Source: Nanobdellota archaeon
Lineage (GTDB): Archaea; Nanobdellota; Nanobdellia; Pacearchaeales; GW2011-AR1
Reading direction: 5' to 3'
NCBI GenBank assembly: GCA_018830525.1
Contig: JAHJSH010000020.1
Span: 1 to 24,000 of the forward strand
Length of the DNA stretch: 24,000 nt
Position 1 is the first letter of the stretch, and each line of letters opens with the position of its first letter. The position numbers were made by a program, and so were the translations under genes. A model generated the notes under the pieces. It was not told the origin of the DNA and ran no database searches. It worked only from the letters and a program-made list of their open reading frames with translations. Of this stretch, positions 15,505 to 21,306 are shown one piece after another.

Positions 15505-15591
15505 AATGGTACTCAAAGGGCATAACCTTTCAGGTCACGAGAATCTGCAAACAGGCGAGAACCCTTTTCAAATAAATCTCAAAATACGAAA
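15505..15591 (+). promoter_or_regulatory. conserved upstream leader module, copy B (imperfect inverted repeat 15526-15534 / 15544-15555)
   Basis: See copy A. The length to the ATG is identical (87 nt). Gapped similarity extends upstream to AGTGAAA (15431) and CGAGTTT (15460). A canonical TTTAAATA box sits at 15424-15431. Confidence 0.5.
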
Positions 15592-16161
15592 ATGGCGAAA
15601 ACAATATTTGCACAAGACCCTGTAAAATTTATTCCAGCTCTAGCTGAGACTTTGAAGGGAATGGAAGAATTTGTTGTTCCTGAATGGGCTAATTATGTTA
15701 AATCTGGTGTTTCTCGAGAAAGGCCTCCAGTTAGTAATGATTTCTGGTATACTCGAGCGGCTTCTATTTTAAGACAGTTGTATATTCATGGTGTTGTTGG
15801 TGTTGGAAAGTTAAGAACACGTTATGGTTCTAGGAAAGACCGAGGGGGACAGCCAGATAAATTTTTCATGGCGGGTGGAAAGATAATCCGGGTTATCTTA
15901 CAACAGGCAGAAGCTGCAGGTTTGGTTGAGAAAGTTTTGAAATTGCAACATGGCCGAAGATTGACGGATAAGGGTCGAGCATTATTAGATTCTATTGAAG
16001 TTGAAGCAAAGACTGGTTTGAACTTTGGAGAAGTTAGCACTAAACCTTTAGAGATTACTCAAGAAGATAATTCTGGAGAAGAGGTTGAAGAGATAACTAA
16101 TGAAACTCCTATGGAAGAAGCTAAAGAAGAAATTGTGGAGGAAGAAATAGATGGCGAGTAG
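15592..16161 (+). CDS. rps19e: 30S ribosomal protein S19e with acidic C-terminal tail
   Basis: VPEWANYVKSGVSRERPP..DFWYTRAASILRQLY...GVGKLRTRYGSRKDRG.QP..F..AGGKIIR..LQQ.E..GLV is S19e. About 45 extra E/D-rich residues follow at the C-terminus. Confidence 0.9.
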   Translation: MAKTIFAQDPVKFIPALAETLKGMEEFVVPEWANYVKSGVSRERPPVSNDFWYTRAASILRQLYIHGVVGVGKLRTRYGSRKDRGGQPDKFFMAGGKIIRVILQQAEAAGLVEKVLKLQHGRRLTDKGRALLDSIEVEAKTGLNFGEVSTKPLEITQEDNSGEEVEEITNETPMEEAKEEIVEEEIDGE

Positions 16162-16366
16162 AAAAGCGAAGATGGCGAGTAGCAAGAAGAGGCATCTTGA
16201 CAAAGCTAAGGGACAGACAAACTGGGCTCCGTTCTGGACAGTTATTAAGAAATTTGGAAAGGGGAAGAAAGTTCACCCATCAAGTATTACTCATGTTAAG
16301 AGAAGTTGGAGTAGGACAAGTTTGAAAATTAAACCGCGTAAGATGAGGAAGGCAAATCTAGGATAA
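16151..16366 (+). CDS. rpl39e: 50S ribosomal protein L39e
   Basis: KKRHLDKAKGQTNWAPFWTVIKK....KVHP...HVKRSWSRTSLKI fits the L39e pattern (K.L.KA.KQN...P.W...KT...HP..R.WRR.KL). An alternative ATG at 16172 lies in an 11-nt repeat of the first start. Confidence 0.8.
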   Translation: MASRKAKMASSKKRHLDKAKGQTNWAPFWTVIKKFGKGKKVHPSSITHVKRSWSRTSLKIKPRKMRKANLG

Positions 16367-16367
16367 A

Positions 16368-17225
16368 ATGGTAGAGGAAAAAGAAACTAAAGTTGAGAAT
16401 GCACCCAAGGGTGTACACCAAGGAGGTGCGAGAACCTCTTCGAGGCCTCCTGCCCAGATGGCATCCGCTGACGCGGACAAGGTCGGCAAAGAGAAGGAAA
16501 CTAAGAAACTTGATGATCTTAAGAATACTGGGGAAAATAAGAAAGCTATTGTGGCACACACGGGTGTACCCTCTGATGAGAGCAAAGCTGAAGGTAAGAA
16601 TTTGGATGAGAAGGAAGAGAAGAAGGTTGAAAGCAAACCTGCGGTTGCTAAGGCTCCTAAATCTAAAAAAGGTGAAATAAAAGTTGAATTAGAGAGAGAA
16701 TATATTGTTCCGTTGAAGCGAGGTGTTTTGAATGTTCCACATTATAAGAGGGCTAAGAAAGCGGTTAGAGTTTTGAAAGAATTTATGGTTAAGCATATGG
16801 GTGTTCGTGATAGAGATTTGAGAAAAGTTAAGGTGGATATTAATTTGAATAATGAGATTTGGTTTAGGGGAATTAAGAAACCTATGAATAAGATAAAGGT
16901 TAAGGCTAAGAAGATTGACGGGATTGTTTATGTTGAATTAGCTGAAATTCCAAAATACGTAGGATTTAAGATTGCTAGAGAAGAAAAGAAGAAGGCTGCT
17001 TCTGTTGCTGCAAAGGTTAAGATGCCGAAGAAGGTTAAAGAAGAAGTTGTTGAGGATGCTGATAGGGATGGCATTGCAGATAAGACTGAAGAGAAAGAAG
17101 ATAGAAAAGCGGGTGGTGAGGCGGATGCTAAGTTTGAGAAGAGTATAGCAAAGAATGTTCAACATTCTACAAAAGGGGCCCACCTAAAAAAGACAATGCC
17201 TGTCAGGAAATCCCTTAAAAAATAA
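16368..17225 (+). CDS. rpl31e: 50S ribosomal protein L31e with long K/E-rich N- and C-terminal extensions
   Basis: The core EREYIVPLKRGVLNVPHYKRAKKAVRVLKEFMVKHMG....KVKVDINLNNEIWFRGIKKPMNKIKVKAKKIDGIVYVELAE is L31e. It spans about residues 108-192 of 285. Confidence 0.85.
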   Translation: MVEEKETKVENAPKGVHQGGARTSSRPPAQMASADADKVGKEKETKKLDDLKNTGENKKAIVAHTGVPSDESKAEGKNLDEKEEKKVESKPAVAKAPKSKKGEIKVELEREYIVPLKRGVLNVPHYKRAKKAVRVLKEFMVKHMGVRDRDLRKVKVDINLNNEIWFRGIKKPMNKIKVKAKKIDGIVYVELAEIPKYVGFKIAREEKKKAASVAAKVKMPKKVKEEVVEDADRDGIADKTEEKEDRKAGGEADAKFEKSIAKNVQHSTKGAHLKKTMPVRKSLKK

Positions 17226-17226
17226 A

Positions 17227-17439
17227 ATGATATCTGATATAACCCTTGGGCTTGCAAGAATATTACATAATAAAATTATAGAAGGTTATGATTGTATTCC
17301 TCAAATTATTCGGAGGAGAGATTCTGTTGGATTTAATGTTGGTGGGCAAGAAGCTGGAAGAGTTGAACAGAGAGACTCTCATGTTTATTCTATTTATTAT
17401 TGCCCGAAGAGTCAGCAAGGGTTGCCAGTTTTTACTTAG
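17227..17439 (+). CDS. hypothetical protein (70 aa), weak call
   Basis: The ATG lies 1 nt after the rpl31e stop. I see no recognisable motif, so coding status is uncertain. Confidence 0.3.
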   Translation: MISDITLGLARILHNKIIEGYDCIPQIIRRRDSVGFNVGGQEAGRVEQRDSHVYSIYYCPKSQQGLPVFT

Positions 17440-17473
17440 TTAAGTTTTTAATTCAGTGATACATTAATCAATT

Positions 17474-18172
17474 ATGAAACAAATTAAGGCTGAATTAAGG
17501 AAATATATAGATAAGGAAAAAGTGAATATTCTTCAAGGATTCTTTAAAACTGGAAAAGGGCAATATGGTGAAGGAGATGTTTTTTTAGGGGTAAGCGTCC
17601 CGCAGGTAAGAAAAATTGCACAAGACGCAAGTGGCCGACTTTCATTTGGGGAACTTCAGCAACTAATTAATTCAAAAATTCATGAGGAAAGACTTGTGGC
17701 TTTATTAATATTAGTCAGTAGATATCAGGGCGGAGATGAATTGGAAAAGGAACGGATCTTTAAATTTTACAAGACCAATACTTCCAGAGTAAATAATTGG
17801 GATTTGGTTGATTTATCCGCTCCGAGTATTATGGGGGATTATTTGTTGGAAAAAGATAGGAGCCTATTATATTCGTTGGCCGTCTCGGAAAATTTGTGGG
17901 AAAGAAGAATTGCTATTATTTCTACATTCGCATTTATTCGTTCTGGGCAGTTTGAGGATACTCTTAAAATCTCAGAAATTTTGATGGGTGATGAACATGA
18001 CCTTATCCATAAGGCAGTTGGATGGATGTTGCGAGAAGTTGGGAAGAGAGATAGGAAAGTCTTGGAGGAATTTTTAAGAGAAAATTATTCTAATTTGCCG
18101 AGGACGACTTTGAGGTATGCAATTGAGCGGTTTGGGGTTGAGGAAAGAAAGAGGTGGTTGTTGGGGTTGTGA
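17474..18172 (+). CDS. DNA alkylation repair protein (AlkD/AlkC-like HEAT-repeat family)
   Basis: FFKTGKGQYGEGDVFLGVSVPQVRKIA, HEERLVALLIL, NNWDLVDLSAP, LWERRIAIISTF and HKAVGWMLREVGKRD follow the family's repeated helical pattern. Confidence 0.8.
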   Translation: MKQIKAELRKYIDKEKVNILQGFFKTGKGQYGEGDVFLGVSVPQVRKIAQDASGRLSFGELQQLINSKIHEERLVALLILVSRYQGGDELEKERIFKFYKTNTSRVNNWDLVDLSAPSIMGDYLLEKDRSLLYSLAVSENLWERRIAIISTFAFIRSGQFEDTLKISEILMGDEHDLIHKAVGWMLREVGKRDRKVLEEFLRENYSNLPRTTLRYAIERFGVEERKRWLLGL

Positions 18173-18192
18173 GGAAGATTTAAGAGTTGATT
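18173..18192 (+). promoter_or_regulatory. 20-nt direct repeat copy 1 (GGAAGATTTAAGAGTTGATT) containing a TATA-like ATTTAAGA
   Basis: Identical to 20385-20404. The TATA-like core is centred about 26 nt upstream of the ATG at 18208. Confidence 0.6.
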
Positions 18193-18207
18193 CTCCTTGA
18201 TTGGTTT

Positions 18208-20376
18208 ATGAAAAAAAGAGGATTAAGTTTCCCAGCAATTATTATAATTATTTTATTTTTCATAATATTAGCCGTCACTAGTTTTTTCCTTGCTCCCATT
18301 ATTAAGGAAAAGTTTGATGGGCGAGACAGTCCTTCGAGTTTGATTAATGATTCTCAGGCACAAGCCGGAACAACAAATAGTGGGGGTGGAGGAACAAACA
18401 CTACAGATTCTAATCAAGATACACCTAATCAAGAAGATTCAAATCAAGACGCTCAAGATTTAATTGATTTGCAAGAACAAATTCCTAATTGTACAGAATC
18501 TGATTGGACTTCAAGTATAAGTCCAATATCTTGTCCTTTAACAAGTAATCAGACAAAGAGTTGGAGTAAAATCGGTAATTGTGAAAATGGGATGGAACAT
18601 GATTCTTCTGAGACAATTAGTTGCAATCCAAATATTCCAACATGTACAGATTTTACTTATTCTGATTGGAGGGATTGTACTCAAAGTGGAACGCAATCAA
18701 GAAGTGTATTAACTTCTTCTCCTAACGAATGTCAAGGAGGAAATCCTGTTTTATCTCAACAATGTACGTATATTCCCCTAAGTTGTTCAGATGGAACTTT
18801 AATAGATTCTTGCTCTCTAACAAAACCTCTTTATTGTAATTCAACAGGTAAATTAAATTTTGATTGTTCTAGATGCAGATGTAATTCTGGATATGTTTGT
18901 GAAAATGGAGGTTGTGTTGTTGAAGAAATTTCATATTGGAAATTTGATACTAATGCAAATGATGAAGCAGGTATTAATAATGGAATATTAATGAATGGAG
19001 CGAGAATAGAAAATAATTTTTTAGTTTTAGATGGTGTAAATGATTATGTTAAAATTAATCATATTTCATCATTAGATTCTGCCACTAAAATAAGTATTAG
19101 TGCATGGATAAAATTAAGTCCTTCTATAGATTACCAAGTTATTTCTTCAGATACTTTAGGTTCTTCAGATATTTGGAATAAATGGTATTTTGGGATTAGA
19201 TCAAATAGTAAAAAACTATTTTTTAGTATTATGGATACTTCTTCTATTCAATATTCTAGTGGAGATTATGAACTTCCAGATTATAATAAATGGTATCATG
19301 TTGTGGGGGTTGTTGATAAAAATATGGGATTATCCTTATATGTTGATGGAGAACTAGTTTTAGAAAATTCTAAATCATTTTCTTTAAAACAATCTTCAGG
19401 AATAATCTATATTGGAAGTAAGGGGGAGGACAATGATGCAGATTATTTTAAAGGTTCAATTGACGATTTAATGATTTATAATAATGCATTAACTGAACAA
19501 GAAATTTTAGATGTCTATAGTATTCAAAAAACAGATAAATCTCCAAAATTTATATTTGCAGCAATAACTGACCCACATATAGGATTATATCTAGATTATC
19601 CTGATTGGCTTTTGCTTGGCTCAAAAGCTGATGAAGTATTAAAAACTGCTGTTGAAGATATTAATAAACAAGGAGTTAATTTTACGATTATTACTGGAGA
19701 TATTTCTACTTCTGGGACTCTTGCACAATTAACCAAAGCAAGTTCTTTATTAAATAATTTAGCTGCTCCATTTTATGTTGTTTCTGGAAATCATGATAAT
19801 GCTGGGAGTGATGGTAAAACGGCATTTATGAATATTTTTGGTTTTTCTTCAATTAATTATACTTTTAATTTTGGAGAATTTCATTTTATTGTTGTAGATC
19901 CCACCTTAGATCATTCTGTGAATTCTTATATGAATTTTACCAAAGAATTAAGAGATTGGATTGAAGATGACCTTTTTAATAATCCTAACAAATATACTTT
20001 TTTTATTACTCATCCTAATTTACAAGCACAGAATACTCCCCTTAATGGTGGAACATATTTTGGATTAGTATCTGGTTCAACTGAATTAAAAAATATTCTA
20101 GAAAATAATGGAAATGTTATCGCAACTATAGGCGGACATACACATACCACTAAGTATACAAATACAACTATATCTTATATTACTCTTGGTTCTCTTTTAG
20201 TCTATCCCTTACCAATAACTTATTTTTATGTTTATGACAATAGAATAGAGATCGTACAAAAAAGTATATCAAATCAAACTCTACTTAATTTAGCTAGTAA
20301 TTTATGTAGTCAATCAGATAGGGAGATTTTGCAGGGAGATTTAAATAATCGTGTGATAGATTATATAGAAGATTAA
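18208..20376 (+). CDS. membrane-anchored surface protein: N-terminal TM, S/T/N/Q/D-rich linker, Cys-rich repeats, LamG/concanavalin-like lectin domain, calcineurin-like metallophosphoesterase domain
   Basis: The TM segment is FPAIIIIILFFIILAVTSFFLAPII. The LamG_3-like region reads WKFDTNANDEAGINNG...LDGVNDYVKI...ISISAWIK...WYHVVGVVDK...LYVDGELV...GSIDDLMIYNNALTEQEI. The phosphoesterase motifs are ITDPHIG, TGDIS, VSGNHDN and GGHTHT. The ORF opens at TTG 18187 and the ATG at 18208 is preferred. Confidence 0.8.
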   Translation: MKKRGLSFPAIIIIILFFIILAVTSFFLAPIIKEKFDGRDSPSSLINDSQAQAGTTNSGGGGTNTTDSNQDTPNQEDSNQDAQDLIDLQEQIPNCTESDWTSSISPISCPLTSNQTKSWSKIGNCENGMEHDSSETISCNPNIPTCTDFTYSDWRDCTQSGTQSRSVLTSSPNECQGGNPVLSQQCTYIPLSCSDGTLIDSCSLTKPLYCNSTGKLNFDCSRCRCNSGYVCENGGCVVEEISYWKFDTNANDEAGINNGILMNGARIENNFLVLDGVNDYVKINHISSLDSATKISISAWIKLSPSIDYQVISSDTLGSSDIWNKWYFGIRSNSKKLFFSIMDTSSIQYSSGDYELPDYNKWYHVVGVVDKNMGLSLYVDGELVLENSKSFSLKQSSGIIYIGSKGEDNDADYFKGSIDDLMIYNNALTEQEILDVYSIQKTDKSPKFIFAAITDPHIGLYLDYPDWLLLGSKADEVLKTAVEDINKQGVNFTIITGDISTSGTLAQLTKASSLLNNLAAPFYVVSGNHDNAGSDGKTAFMNIFGFSSINYTFNFGEFHFIVVDPTLDHSVNSYMNFTKELRDWIEDDLFNNPNKYTFFITHPNLQAQNTPLNGGTYFGLVSGSTELKNILENNGNVIATIGGHTHTTKYTNTTISYITLGSLLVYPLPITYFYVYDNRIEIVQKSISNQTLLNLASNLCSQSDREILQGDLNNRVIDYIED

Positions 20377-20384
20377 TACCTACG

Positions 20385-20404
20385 GGAAGATTTAAGAGTT
20401 GATT
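20385..20404 (+). promoter_or_regulatory. 20-nt direct repeat copy 2 (GGAAGATTTAAGAGTTGATT), promoter of cbf5
   Basis: Identical to 18173-18192. It has the same spacing of about 26 nt to the ATG at 20420. Confidence 0.6.
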
Positions 20405-20419
20405 ATTTGTTTATGTTTT

Positions 20420-21253
20420 ATGAAAGACCTATTAAACTTCAGCCTAATCAACATAGATAAGCCAGCAGGGCCTACCTCTTACTCTATTTCAGAGTTTATT
20501 CAGAGACAATTAAATCTTTCTAAAACCTCTCATATGGGGACGCTTGACCCGAAGGTTACAGGGGTTTTGCCTATTACATTGGGAAGAGCTTGCAAGTTGG
20601 CGGGTTATTTCATTAAGCATGATAAAAGTTATGTTGGAGTTTTGGAAACGCACAAAGAACAGGATATTAAGAAATTGCAAAAGTTAATTGATAATAAGTT
20701 TATGGGGAAGATTTTGCAGACCCCACCACATCGTTCGGCTGTTAAGCGAGAAGAACGTGAAAGGGAGGTTTATTCTTGGAAATTGACTGAGGCTTCAGAA
20801 GATAATAAGAGCTTTTTATTTGAAACTCGAGTCCAGGGAGGGACTTACATTCGGAAACTTTGTTCGGATTTAGGAGATATGATTGGAGGAGCACATATGG
20901 GTGAGCTTAGGCGGACAGAAGCGGGAATTTTTGATGAATCGACTTTAGTTAAGCTTGATGATTTTGTTGAGGCAGTTAAGGAATATAAAATTGGTAATGA
21001 GGCTAGGTTGAAGAAAATGTTGCTTCCTGCTGAAGATGCTATAAGAAAGGTTTTGCCGGTTGTTGAGGTGGATAAATCTGCGATTAAGGCGTTGCACATG
21101 GGAAAGCCATTGTTATATAGTAATGTTAAGGGGGATCTTAATTTAAAGCCGGGAGAGGTTTTTGCGTTGTTTTATGAGAATCAATTCATTGGAGTGTATA
21201 AAAAGACGGATGAGGAGAATATTTTTGGGCGTAGCGAGTTTGTGTTTAACTGA
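20420..21253 (+). CDS. cbf5: tRNA/rRNA pseudouridine synthase Cbf5 (TruB family with C-terminal PUA domain)
   Basis: INIDKPAGPTS and the catalytic-Asp motif HMGTLDPKVTGVLPI are present, followed by GGTYIRKLCSDLG. The PUA-like C-terminus reads VVEVDKSAIKALHMGKPL. The ORF opens at TTG 20399 and the ATG at 20420 is preferred. Confidence 0.9.
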   Translation: MKDLLNFSLINIDKPAGPTSYSISEFIQRQLNLSKTSHMGTLDPKVTGVLPITLGRACKLAGYFIKHDKSYVGVLETHKEQDIKKLQKLIDNKFMGKILQTPPHRSAVKREEREREVYSWKLTEASEDNKSFLFETRVQGGTYIRKLCSDLGDMIGGAHMGELRRTEAGIFDESTLVKLDDFVEAVKEYKIGNEARLKKMLLPAEDAIRKVLPVVEVDKSAIKALHMGKPLLYSNVKGDLNLKPGEVFALFYENQFIGVYKKTDEENIFGRSEFVFN

Positions 21254-21306
21254 TATATACTTTCTAGAATAGATTTATTTTTAAGTGGGGAATTCTTGAT
21301 TTTAGC

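Noticed and set aside
16329-16680. Three extra ORFs (16393-16680 plus, 16358-16636 minus, 16329-16559 minus) overlapping the rpl31e 5' region
   Set aside because: The sequence is purine-rich and low-complexity (GAA/AAG), so it lacks stop codons in several frames. The frame that continues into the L31e core is the parsimonious one.
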